Origin: Promethearchaeia archaeon
GTDB taxonomy: Archaea; Asgardarchaeota; Lokiarchaeia; Sigyniarchaeales; SOKP01
DNA: 64,000 bases
Direction of reading: 5' to 3'
Assembly (NCBI GenBank): GCA_029856045.1
Contig: JAHQWG010000016.1
Coordinates: 448,001 to 512,000 of the forward strand
The translations under genes and the position numbers were made by a program. Shown here one piece after another: positions 10,752-20,327 of this stretch (positions are counted from its first letter, which is position 1; each line of letters begins with the position of its first letter). The notes below the pieces were generated by a model. The model was not told the DNA's origin. It saw only the letters and a list, made by a program, of their open reading frames with translations, and made no database searches.

Positions 10752-11701
10752 TGTTTCCCTCCTGATAATGAATTATGTTTTTTAAGCCATTCAAGAAGTT
10801 CTGAGATACTAGCTGTTGCTAAAGCAATACAACTATCAGCACATCCATAATAAAGTAAGATATCATCATTTTTTTGGATCCAACCGCAGGGAAAAACAAT
10901 TTTATCTACATCACCATATGTCTCGTAAGATTCTTTTGGAGAAAAAACCCATTCGTCAGATCTCGCGATTAAGTTGCGAGGATCTTTTAGATCTAATAGT
11001 GCCAGTCCCAATCGATATATGACACCACTGACAGTAGTTTTTACCCCATGATAAAGAATTAACCAACCCTCATCAGTTCTTAAAGGTGGAGGTGATAAAC
11101 CAATTTTTTTTGCATCCCACCAGCTACCTTTCCTAGCACTAATAAGGACCTGATGATCCCCCCAATGTTTAAGATCCGGAGAAAATGAGATCCAAATATT
11201 AGCTTTTTCTGTTAACATGTATGAAACTGGCCGATGAATCATTGACCAACGTCCATTAAAGCGAATTGGAAACAATGCAGCATCTTTATTTTCTGGTGGC
11301 ATCACAGGGCCATAACGAATAAAATTTTGGAAGTCAGTAGTAGTAATTAATGAAATTAAAGGGCCATCCTTGGAGTAAGCTGTGTATGTAATAGCCATAA
11401 TTCTTTTTTCCTCTAAAAAGACAACTCTGGGATCTTCAATACCCCAAATTTCTTCAGGGTATTTATCTGGATTGGGTGTTAAAGTTGGTTGATTATCAAT
11501 TTGCCAATCATTTATACCATCTTTACTTCGAGCCAATGTTAGATGTGATATTCCTCGTCTATCTTCAACTCGCATTAATAAAAAAATTTTGTTGTCTAAT
11601 TTTATTGCACCAGCATTGAATACTGAATTTGCCATATAAGGAATATCATTGATGGAGATAATTGGATTATGTGGATAACGTTGAAAAAGTTCTTTTATCA
11701 T
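10742..11701 (-). CDS. GH130 family glycosidase/mannoside phosphorylase
   Basis: NPII, VFNAGA, GIEDPR, ENKDAALFP, LILYHGV, YYGCAD; five-bladed propeller family motifs. Confidence 0.9.
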   Translation of the reverse strand: MIKELFQRYPHNPIISINDIPYMANSVFNAGAIKLDNKIFLLMRVEDRRGISHLTLARSKDGINDWQIDNQPTLTPNPDKYPEEIWGIEDPRVVFLEEKRIMAITYTAYSKDGPLISLITTTDFQNFIRYGPVMPPENKDAALFPIRFNGRWSMIHRPVSYMLTEKANIWISFSPDLKHWGDHQVLISARKGSWWDAKKIGLSPPPLRTDEGWLILYHGVKTTVSGVIYRLGLALLDLKDPRNLIARSDEWVFSPKESYETYGDVDKIVFPCGWIQKNDDILLYYGCADSCIALATASISELLEWLKKHNSLSGGKQCT

Positions 11702-11725
11702 ATTATTTTTTATTTTTATCAACCT

Positions 11726-12952
11726 TTAAAATTCGGGTTCTATTATTATTGGTTTTTTAGAGATTTTAGCATTTCGTGCTAAATCGTAAGCCTGATTATA
11801 CTTGTTAGCAATTATTTCCCATGAAACAACCTCCTCAAGGTAGCGCTTTAAATTTTCACCAAACGTCATTCGAAGATTCTCATCACATGCTAATCGAATC
11901 ACATTTTCCTTAAGCATTTTTTTTGTCGTAAATAATAAACCACCACCACTTTCCAAAGTTTGTGCAGTTAATCCTTCCATTGGAGCTGTTGTGGCATAGG
12001 GTTTATTCAAAGCTATTATTCTTGCTAATGTTCCAGATTGTGTTTCGTCTATTGTTGGTAATATAATGAAATCGCAGATTGCCATCACTTTATAATAGAT
12101 ATCACCTCTTGGGATAAATTCGTAATAATGTGCAATCCCCTTGTCTTGAAGCTTAAGAACATCAGACTTCCACATTTCATAATCATGTTGATGGTTTGGA
12201 TCACGTAAAGTACCTGCAGCAAATAAATCCCATTTCTGACCACAATTTTTTATAATTTCTTCATGAATATCATCCCACATTGAAAGTAGAATATCCCATC
12301 GTTTATTGGTTTGTATCCATCCAATCATTCCCACAAGATGATCTGACAAATTTAAAGAATTTAAACCCAATTCAATTTTTAAATTATGAATTTCGTCAAT
12401 CCCCCACCTTTTATCAGGTCGTGCACCATGTGGCACCACCATAATGTTTTTTGGGGTTTCCCAACCTCTTTGTCTAAAAGACCAGTCCAATCTCCACTTT
12501 TGATAATGACACTTAAAAAAAACAATATCGCTTCTCTCACACATTTCATAAATAAATTCTGCTTCAAAATCATTAATTCGTCCATGAATTGTATGCGGTT
12601 CAACTACAAGGGGATAATGATCAATAGCCTCAAGAAGATTAAGAAAACCTTCATTTCTATCACCTATACCACGTTTATCCTTGTATTCATACAGCCCATA
12701 TTCGTGTTGTAAATGAATTGCATATGGGTCCAATTCATTGATTTTTTCCACTACAGGTTCATACCAATCGTATCTGTTTATCTCAATTAAAGGAAAAACA
12801 CCTTCTCCTTCTCCATCTGTGTGGCTAATTACCATTACATCCCTATTAGGATTAGCTTTTTGGATGAATTCTCTTGCTTCCTCAGCAAAAGTTGCGATCC
12901 CACAAAGTCGTGGTGGATAAGAACTTATCATAACAATTGGTTGATTAGACAT
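11726..12952 (-). CDS. Glycosyltransferase family 4-like protein
   Basis: SSYPPRLCGIATF, HLQHEYGLY, VVPHG, ETQSGTLA; ATG 12952 follows a GGTGAG RBS. Confidence 0.85.
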   Translation of the reverse strand: MSNQPIVMISSYPPRLCGIATFAEEAREFIQKANPNRDVMVISHTDGEGEGVFPLIEINRYDWYEPVVEKINELDPYAIHLQHEYGLYEYKDKRGIGDRNEGFLNLLEAIDHYPLVVEPHTIHGRINDFEAEFIYEMCERSDIVFFKCHYQKWRLDWSFRQRGWETPKNIMVVPHGARPDKRWGIDEIHNLKIELGLNSLNLSDHLVGMIGWIQTNKRWDILLSMWDDIHEEIIKNCGQKWDLFAAGTLRDPNHQHDYEMWKSDVLKLQDKGIAHYYEFIPRGDIYYKVMAICDFIILPTIDETQSGTLARIIALNKPYATTAPMEGLTAQTLESGGGLLFTTKKMLKENVIRLACDENLRMTFGENLKRYLEEVVSWEIIANKYNQAYDLARNAKISKKPIIIEPEF

Positions 12953-12959
12953 TTTTCTA

Positions 12960-15257
12960 TTACTCACCCACTTTTTCTGTTAAATCAATTTCAGTTAAAT
13001 TATCTAATGAATACATATTTAAAAGGGATAATAACCAAGCTAATGTTGATTCAGCTCCTTGATTTATATTAGGACCAGTAGATGTTATAGCATCATAACA
13101 CCCTCCAGTTTTATAGTTATAAAGCGGAGTATTCAAATCATTTCTACCTAAAAACCATTCTATACAACGACGTGCTTCCATGATCCATTTTTTATCTTGA
13201 GTAATTTTAAACGCCTCAACACACGCTTCAAGTATACTCTGAGCCTCAAGAGGTTGTTGATCAAATCTCGCTTTTTCTCCGTTTCGAGGATGCCATCCAG
13301 AATTACCGATTGGAGTAAGCTGTCCTTTATGATTCGTTTGAATTTTAATTAACCACTCTAATGACCTTAATCCAGCTTCAACCATATCTCCTCGCTGTAG
13401 CCATTGTCCAGACATTACCAAAGCTTGTGGAATTTTTCCATTATCATAAGTTAAAATGTCTTCTATCCACAACCACTCATCACTAGCATTTGAACAGTAA
13501 AAATCAAATAAACGATTGGCTATTTTTTCTCTAAATCGTTTTATTTTACTATCACCTCCAAATCTTGCCAGATAAGCATGAATTCCTACCAGACCAAAAG
13601 CTAAAGCTCTGGGAGAATTAAAGTCTGAAAGAACTGATACAGCTCTATTAAAGATAGTCAAAGCTTGATCTCCAAACTCTTTTATTTTTGCTAATGCTAC
13701 AGTAATTCCTAAACCCCAGATAGCCCGACCATGACAATCTTCAGAGCCTTTATCTTCAAGCCATTTACGATCATAACCTAAAAAATTTCGAAATCGGCTA
13801 TTTTTATCATTAAAAGCGTGTAGTAAAAAACTTAGATAACGACAATCAAGATTCTCTAATAAATCATCTTCAAATGACAAATCTTGAGCTAAAAGTATTA
13901 CAATTAATGCCCTTGCATTATCATCTGTGCAATAACCATGTTTGCGATTGGGTACAATAAAATTAGCATGCTGTAAAATGCCAACATCATCTGTCAACCT
14001 ATAAAGATGATCAAATTTAGGTTGAGGCATTTCGAATGAAGCAGATCGTAAGGATTTCATCCTAACAATAGTTTTTGGTCGCGATAACCGTTTTTCAACA
14101 ACTTCCGCAAATATCTCAATATAATTTCGAGCAACTTCCCTCCAAATCATATCCCTAGAAAATAAATAGGCTTTTTTACGCATAGTATGTCTCTCAATTT
14201 CGTTATCCAATAATTTAACAATTTGATCAGCCATACTATCTGGATCTTTGAAGGGTACGATTATTCCCTTTCCGTCAGCTAAAATTTCCTCAGCATACCA
14301 GTAAGGTGTAGAAATTATAGCTTTACCCGTTCCAAGAGCATATGCAAGTGTGCCAGAAACGATTTGCTCCTTGTTTAAATATGGAGTAACATAAATATCC
14401 GCAGTTCCTAAAAATTCACATAACTCCTTTAATTCTACAAATCTATTATAGAAAACTATATGATCTTCCACACCAAGCTCTCTGGCTCTTATCTGAAGAG
14501 AATGGCGATATAATTCGCCTTGTTCTTTCTTTATATTTGGATGAGTTGCCCCAAGGACGATATATATCACATCCGGATGTTTTTGGATAATTTTAGGTAA
14601 TGCATTAATCATTATCTCTATCCCCTTGCCAGGATTAATCAGACCAAAGGTTAAAATTACATTCTTACCTTCAACTCCAAATTGGTCTTTAAAAAAATTT
14701 GGATCAATAAATGGAACATCTGGGATACCGTGATGAATTACATTAATTTTTTCTGCAGATATCTTATAGATTTCTTTTAAAAGTGTTTTGGCATGATGGC
14801 TCATAACAATTAATCGATCTGATACTTTATCTATTGTTTTAATTATCTTTCGAATTCTTGGCTGAGGATTTGGTTGAAGAGTATGCAATGTCGACACAAT
14901 CGGCATGTGCAAATTACGAAGTAATGCTAAAATATGGCTTCCGTAATCCCCTCCATAAATCCCAAATTCATGTTGTAAACAAACGACATCAATGTCATTA
15001 ACATTGAGAAACTCAGCAGCTAATTGATAATCTGCCAATCGATTAACATTTAATTCAAAACGAACTTGTTTAGGATAAGAATAACCTTGAGGCTTATCAT
15101 TCATAGCAATTGCCCAGCATGTACTTTGTCGTAACTCATTTGAAATTGCTTGCAAGAGATCGTTTGTGAAAGTTGCAATACCACATTGGCGTGGTATATA
15201 ATTGCCAATAAAAGCAATATTTTGCAAATTTGGATGATATCGTCTTTTTAAGCTCAT
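12960..15257 (-). CDS. GT4 glycosyltransferase fused to a C-terminal six-hairpin (alpha/alpha)6 glycosidase-like domain
   Basis: N-half PRQCGIATF, QHEFGIYGG, SGTLAYA; C-half GILQHA, YCTDDNARAL, FDQQPLE, NQGAESTL. Confidence 0.88.
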   Translation of the reverse strand: MSLKRRYHPNLQNIAFIGNYIPRQCGIATFTNDLLQAISNELRQSTCWAIAMNDKPQGYSYPKQVRFELNVNRLADYQLAAEFLNVNDIDVVCLQHEFGIYGGDYGSHILALLRNLHMPIVSTLHTLQPNPQPRIRKIIKTIDKVSDRLIVMSHHAKTLLKEIYKISAEKINVIHHGIPDVPFIDPNFFKDQFGVEGKNVILTFGLINPGKGIEIMINALPKIIQKHPDVIYIVLGATHPNIKKEQGELYRHSLQIRARELGVEDHIVFYNRFVELKELCEFLGTADIYVTPYLNKEQIVSGTLAYALGTGKAIISTPYWYAEEILADGKGIIVPFKDPDSMADQIVKLLDNEIERHTMRKKAYLFSRDMIWREVARNYIEIFAEVVEKRLSRPKTIVRMKSLRSASFEMPQPKFDHLYRLTDDVGILQHANFIVPNRKHGYCTDDNARALIVILLAQDLSFEDDLLENLDCRYLSFLLHAFNDKNSRFRNFLGYDRKWLEDKGSEDCHGRAIWGLGITVALAKIKEFGDQALTIFNRAVSVLSDFNSPRALAFGLVGIHAYLARFGGDSKIKRFREKIANRLFDFYCSNASDEWLWIEDILTYDNGKIPQALVMSGQWLQRGDMVEAGLRSLEWLIKIQTNHKGQLTPIGNSGWHPRNGEKARFDQQPLEAQSILEACVEAFKITQDKKWIMEARRCIEWFLGRNDLNTPLYNYKTGGCYDAITSTGPNINQGAESTLAWLLSLLNMYSLDNLTEIDLTEKVGE

Positions 15258-15519
15258 AACAATCTATTATAATTTTTTGACTAAGATTTTAAATTCTTAT
15301 TGACTTTAAGAAGTTATATTTATATTTGTATTCGAAAATTTTTAAATTTTAAGATTATTTTAAGATTTTAGATTTAAATTTTAATCCTTTAAATGTTTAT
15401 ATTAATATTTTAAGAGTTTAAAACTAACAATTGAGAACTAAATTCAATGTGGTAAAATCATCAAAAATTAAGAGTAAATTAAGGAAAAAACAAAAATTCA
15501 TTATTATTTTAATATCAAT

Positions 15520-15776
15520 CGTGCTCTTCCACTCCACAGCAATTATGGAGTTCAGCCTATTAAATATATCAAATGGTACTTCATCACTTCACCCTGAAGG
15601 ATAACCATCTGCTTGCATATATCTCCTTTATTCCTCATCAAATATAGTATCAAAGGCTAAACTCGACTTTCTAGAGCCATTACTCCAGTTATTAATACAA
15701 TTTTGTTTTTTGATATCGAAAAATCTATATTATTAAGATTATGAATTTGAGCACCATTTATTTCTATTTTATCCAC
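15520..15776 (-). pseudogene. uvrA: Degenerate 5' fragment of a uvrA-like gene (paralog of 6955-7211)
   Basis: GTG 15776 after a GAGG RBS: MDKIEINGAQIHNLNNIDFSISKNKIVLITGV / 1-nt deletion / GSRKSSLAFDTIFDEE*RRYMQADGYPSG*SDEVPFDIFNRLNSIIAVE; 25 of the first 32 aa are identical to the intact copy. Confidence 0.92.
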
Positions 15777-15806
15777 TTTTTATCCCTCTTTCTACATTTT
15801 TTTCTT

Positions 15807-16430
15807 TTAGATAAACGGTTGCCTTATAACGGTTCTCAGCTTTTCTGGAGCAATTTTTCTAGGATCACTTAGATAAATCTCGTGATGTTTTTGCTTATTT
15901 CCGTCAAATTTACCACCCTGTTTCTCGATAAACTCATGAATTTTATCAATTGTTGGTCCTTCATCTGTGAACGATCCAATATGCAAGATTTGAGCGCATT
16001 TTCCCTCTTTGTACTTTTCAAGTCGAAGATTAGATATCACAGTAGGAATCTGAGGCTTTTTTTCCATAGTAATTTTAATGGCTTCGTCAATCATTTTTTG
16101 AGTAATCCAATCAGGTTGCATTATTATCATTGTCCACTTCCATTTATCTCTGTGCCCTGCTCTAAAATCTCTCATGTCATCAGCCCACCAGAGTCCTTCT
16201 AAAGGGGGAACTACGTAATCTTTACCTTTTGCTTTGCTAAGAAATTTAGTTTTAAATGCTACGGGGTAAAGAACGGCAAGTGCATCTAAGTATTCTTTTG
16301 AATCACCAGGTGAACCCATTCCATCTATCATTAGGAATTGAAAAACTGGAACTTCAAGAACTACAACCTCATTTGTGTCTGGTTTATACAATTTTTTATA
16401 TTTATTCTTAAAATCTACTTTAGTCACCAT
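15807..16430 (-). CDS. GyrI-like small-molecule-binding protein (Lin2189/YtkR7-like cyclopropanoid hydrolase group)
   Basis: FLMIDGMGSP, DYVVPPLEGLWW, WKWTMIIMQP, HIGSFTDE, HHEIYLSDPRK...LRTVIRQP. Confidence 0.88.
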   Translation of the reverse strand: MVTKVDFKNKYKKLYKPDTNEVVVLEVPVFQFLMIDGMGSPGDSKEYLDALAVLYPVAFKTKFLSKAKGKDYVVPPLEGLWWADDMRDFRAGHRDKWKWTMIIMQPDWITQKMIDEAIKITMEKKPQIPTVISNLRLEKYKEGKCAQILHIGSFTDEGPTIDKIHEFIEKQGGKFDGNKQKHHEIYLSDPRKIAPEKLRTVIRQPFI

Positions 16431-16471
16431 TTTTTCTTTCCAATTTATTCTATTATTCTTTTTAATTTGTT

Positions 16472-16900
16472 TTAAGTTATATTTGGATTATATTTATAAC
16501 CGCAGTCATAACATTCAGAATCATGAACACAAATTTCCCCTCCACATTCTGGACAAGTATATAGAATTGCTTGTTCCCCAACCCATTTATTAACTCCTAC
16601 TTCTTTTATTTTCTTTAAATTTTCTAATAAACTAACATTATACCTTGTAAGGTATATATTATCCATTCTCTTCAAATTTTGGCAGGGAAATTTTTCACAT
16701 TCAAAACAATATTCAATTTCTTTCTTTCTTAATTGCGGACAATCTCGTACTATAAAAGCACATTTCTTATTTTGAAGGATACAACCTTTACATCCTCTTT
16801 TATAACCTTTAATTTTTAATAAATCTTTTTTTAATACCAAGTAGGTTCTACATGCTCCACAATATATCCCACAATGACCAACTAAATATTCACTTTTCAT
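16472..16900 (-). CDS. DUF3795-like Cys-rich protein with C-terminal zinc ribbon
   Basis: CGIYCGAC...CKGC...C....C...YCFECEKFPC, terminal CPECGG..CYDCG. Confidence 0.8.
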   Translation of the reverse strand: MKSEYLVGHCGIYCGACRTYLVLKKDLLKIKGYKRGCKGCILQNKKCAFIVRDCPQLRKKEIEYCFECEKFPCQNLKRMDNIYLTRYNVSLLENLKKIKEVGVNKWVGEQAILYTCPECGGEICVHDSECYDCGYKYNPNIT

Positions 16901-16912
16901 ATTAGATCACTT

Positions 16913-18052
16913 TTATAATTTAATTTTTGATAATTTTTTAAACAAATCTTTCTCATTACTTAAAATATACAAAGCTGTATTGCCTAGTTCATTGAAATCT
17001 ACATGATTTAGGCATTCACTTTCATATTTGTCCGCCGCATTTTTTAATGTTTCTGCAATAAGCGTCCAATTTTGAGCAGAATTATTAATTAATGGCAAGG
17101 ATTCCTCGAGTATCCTAAATTCTTCTTTATTCCACGCTTTAGGTCCTTCTTTAAGCTCTGGATGATCTATTAGTTCTTCCAAGAATTCCTTGTATAACTT
17201 ACGAAAAGCACTCCCCCCTGTACCCCATGTTTCGATGTAACCATGAGTTAATTCAAACATTAATCTCGCTAGGGAAATAATTTTACCATTATATGGATTT
17301 TTAATACTGCCTTTCAAAGTTTCGCCCCACTTGGGAATAGAATTGGCAAATAAGTTTAAACCTTGAATACCGATATTATTTATGGAAGGTCTTAACATAT
17401 TATTAACAACTTCTTGTATTGCAAGTTTAACTCCTGCTGCCAGTGGTGGATGTTTTCCATCTGGGCGCCTTTCCATAGAAAATTGCGTATTTTCTGGAAA
17501 CATGAATGAATCCCCCTCTCTAGAACTTCTTCCCTCCTTTAAAATTTCAATTGGAACTTCTTGAAATCCTTCAAATTCGGTATCACCTACATATGCAACT
17601 CCTTTTTCTTCGTCATATCCGCCTAATGTTATCGCATGTCCACCAAAATGTATTTCTTGTTCGTGCTCATAGAAAGGTAAGTAGCCAATATCAACCTTGA
17701 GAATTAATGGTATATTCTTGCTTAATAGAATTTTCGATTCTTGCCACGCTTTATCTGCACTTGAGAATGATTGCTTCCTCAACTTAATTCCTAAAACTCT
17801 ACATGCTAAAGAATTTGGCTCAATTTTTCCTTGTTTTCCTCCCACAAAGAAAGGGATCTCATTAACTACGCCATCTAAAGTTGATAACTTGTTTGTTTTA
17901 TCATAAAAACCAAATCCCATTGTTGCATCGAGCCCGAAAGCCATTGCTTCTGACATCGGAAATCCGTAAAATTCAAATAAATCTCTCATTGCGGACGATT
18001 CGCAGTGAAATCCAACTTTATGACTGAAGTTCTCAACCATTAGTCTGACCAT
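16913..18052 (-). CDS. BtrH N-terminal / DUF4872 family papain-like Cys-His protein
   Basis: GFHCESSAMRDL, SEAMAFGL, DIGYLPF, HFGGHAITLGGYD, TWGTGGSAFRKLYKEFL; ATG 18052 follows a GAGG RBS. Confidence 0.82.
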   Translation of the reverse strand: MVRLMVENFSHKVGFHCESSAMRDLFEFYGFPMSEAMAFGLDATMGFGFYDKTNKLSTLDGVVNEIPFFVGGKQGKIEPNSLACRVLGIKLRKQSFSSADKAWQESKILLSKNIPLILKVDIGYLPFYEHEQEIHFGGHAITLGGYDEEKGVAYVGDTEFEGFQEVPIEILKEGRSSREGDSFMFPENTQFSMERRPDGKHPPLAAGVKLAIQEVVNNMLRPSINNIGIQGLNLFANSIPKWGETLKGSIKNPYNGKIISLARLMFELTHGYIETWGTGGSAFRKLYKEFLEELIDHPELKEGPKAWNKEEFRILEESLPLINNSAQNWTLIAETLKNAADKYESECLNHVDFNELGNTALYILSNEKDLFKKLSKIKL

Positions 18053-18636
18053 GGTGTCTTTTCCTCCTCGATTTTTTCTAACATCCAATTTATAAATTCA
18101 ATATGAGTTTCCATCATTTTTATAGGGCGAACGAAAAGAGCTTTAATATTCAATGGATACATGCCCCATTGTGTCATTGATTGTTGTCTTGATATCTTTT
18201 CTTTTTTATTCAGCATTTCAATATCATTTTTTATAATTTCAACTGAATTTTTAAAAGCTCTTATCAATTCCTCTTTAGATAATAATGGATACATTGAAAG
18301 TGCTATATCATAATCATGATCTCTTCGACCCTTAAATTCACTTATAACTTTGTAAACCTTATTTTTTAAGATGACAAACCCAAAATCTGTTATTCTATAG
18401 ATTTTTCGAATTCTATTATCAACTTCTTCAATATACGATTCAACCAATTTATCCTCCTCCAACTTATTAATAATTTTATATATTGATGAGGTTCCAATTT
18501 CGGTCCAATCTCTCATTCCTCTCTCATCTATTCTTTGATTAATACTATAAGCATGGCTTGGTGTCTCGGAAACTAAACCCAATATTACAAACGCTCGATG
18601 ATTTAATTCGTATTCGTTTCTAAAATCTCTTTCCAT
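18040..18636 (-). CDS. PadR family transcriptional regulator
   Basis: VILGLVSETPSHAYSI...IGTSSIYKIINKLEEDKLV...RKIYRITDFG winged HTH plus C-terminal helices. Confidence 0.9.
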   Translation of the reverse strand: MERDFRNEYELNHRAFVILGLVSETPSHAYSINQRIDERGMRDWTEIGTSSIYKIINKLEEDKLVESYIEEVDNRIRKIYRITDFGFVILKNKVYKVISEFKGRRDHDYDIALSMYPLLSKEELIRAFKNSVEIIKNDIEMLNKKEKISRQQSMTQWGMYPLNIKALFVRPIKMMETHIEFINWMLEKIEEEKTPWSD

Positions 18637-18640
18637 TTTA

Positions 18641-19795
18641 TTACCCCACAATATTATTCAGTGTTGAAAACGCAATTTTATCTTTTTCATACACTTGCAT
18701 TATCTTATCTTTGATATCTCTTAATAGTAATTCAATATCCTCTTCCTCTGAATTATCTAACTTTTCTGCAGCTTCTATCATAACTTTTTCTGATTTTTTA
18801 GTAATTTCCCTCATTTTTTTCAATGCCCCTGGCTTTTGTTCTTCAAAAATTTTATTTTTTTCAACCGCCAATTCTCGTGACTTTTTAAGCAAAGGCCATG
18901 AATCGGGAAGAGCTGCAATAGCGAGTTCACTCCAATATTTTCCAGCTTCTTCAAATAATTTAACAGCATCCATTAATTTTGGTTCATCTAATATTAAACT
19001 CGATTCTTTTAAAAATTGCGCATATGTATTGCGATATCCCCCACCTCCTGAACCACTTTCTTCAATAAAGATATAAGTATTGAGAAGACACCCAAATAAA
19101 TTTAATCCTTTAAATTGTTTCGGCCAAGATAAAACAAGACCTGCCCACTTCTTAATACCCAGTTGACCAATATTTTTTATTGGAGGATATAAATAATTAT
19201 CTATACATTCCTTAATTGCATCTGTTATTCCACTTTTTAAATTTTTGAGTTTTATAGGATATTTTATTTTTAGGATTTTATGTTTAGGAGCGTAAGGTGG
19301 ATACTTCGAACTTCGCGCCTTTTTTAAATCTTCAATAGAAATTATTAATGGTGTTTTTGCAGCATCAGAAACATAAACTTTATCTTCTTTCTCATCAAGA
19401 CCATAAACAACAATTGAATGAGCAACTCCTGGAAGAGCAAGATAAGGAAGATATGCCATGTCCGCGAATACAAATACGGGTTCTCCCTCGCGCAAAACAT
19501 TTATCAATTCTTCATAACCTCTTTTGATACTAGTAGTCTCAAAAATTGTTGCGTCGCCGCCAATCCGCTGGCAAGTTTTTATTAAAGAATTAGTCTTCCC
19601 ATACCTAGTACCAATAAACGGTGCGAGCATCATTTTCATATACCAATACATAAAACCAACTCCAGCACCTAGACCAAAAATCATTTCTTCGGAAAATTCT
19701 AAGTTATGATACGCAAATAGATTCCTTAGAGACGTGGTCCAACAATGAATACCGCCAATATGCCTATAATTTTCAATAATTAACTTTTCATTCAT
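18641..19795 (-). CDS. BtrH N-terminal / DUF4872 family papain-like Cys-His protein (paralog)
   Basis: GIHCWTTSLRNL, SEEMIFGLGAG, DMAYLPYL, HSIVVYGLD, ESGSGGGGYRNTYAQFL. Confidence 0.82.
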   Translation of the reverse strand: MNEKLIIENYRHIGGIHCWTTSLRNLFAYHNLEFSEEMIFGLGAGVGFMYWYMKMMLAPFIGTRYGKTNSLIKTCQRIGGDATIFETTSIKRGYEELINVLREGEPVFVFADMAYLPYLALPGVAHSIVVYGLDEKEDKVYVSDAAKTPLIISIEDLKKARSSKYPPYAPKHKILKIKYPIKLKNLKSGITDAIKECIDNYLYPPIKNIGQLGIKKWAGLVLSWPKQFKGLNLFGCLLNTYIFIEESGSGGGGYRNTYAQFLKESSLILDEPKLMDAVKLFEEAGKYWSELAIAALPDSWPLLKKSRELAVEKNKIFEEQKPGALKKMREITKKSEKVMIEAAEKLDNSEEEDIELLLRDIKDKIMQVYEKDKIAFSTLNNIVG

Positions 19796-19836
19796 TTTTT
19801 TCAGATTTTCATTTTATAATTTTCTTAAAAAAAAAA

Positions 19837-20280
19837 TTAATATTTATGAAATTTTCTCCCATAAATAAGAAAAGCAAGAATATATGTCTCAATTATTATA
19901 GCTGGATAGAAGTATCCTGTGGTTGTTTCGATCCAGAAATAGGATAGCAAATTCCTTCCCATAATGCCGAAAAATAATGCATCTAATAAGAAATTCATTC
20001 CACAAATGATTACACCAAGAATAATTGCATCAATCGCCCATTTATTAGCTATAATAGGATTATTTTGTTCATATTTCCAAATATATAATGCAAATATTAC
20101 TATACTCACTATCGCATTAATAAATATCATTGTCACATAAACCCCAATATTAGGATTTGCAATGGGTTGATTAGTGGTATAGTCAAAAAATGCTGACCCT
20201 ACAATCATAAATGCCCAGAACCACGCCAAAAGTCCAAGAATAATTGCCAATATCAAGGATTTTTTATTAATTTCGCTTAT
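19837..20280 (-). CDS. 4-TM membrane protein, first gene of the PadR operon (probable ATA start at 20280; TTG at 20256 is the alternative)
   Basis: Four hydrophobic helices; in-frame ATA AGC GAA ATT AAT AAA AAA after AAGGGA; in-frame TAA at 20305-20307. Confidence 0.75.
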   Translation of the reverse strand: MSEINKKSLILAIILGLLAWFWAFMIVGSAFFDYTTNQPIANPNIGVYVTMIFINAIVSIVIFALYIWKYEQNNPIIANKWAIDAIILGVIICGMNFLLDALFFGIMGRNLLSYFWIETTTGYFYPAIIIETYILAFLIYGRKFHKY

Positions 20281-20327
20281 ATTTTTTCCCTTTATTTTAT
20301 TGATTTATATATTTAAATGTTGATTTA

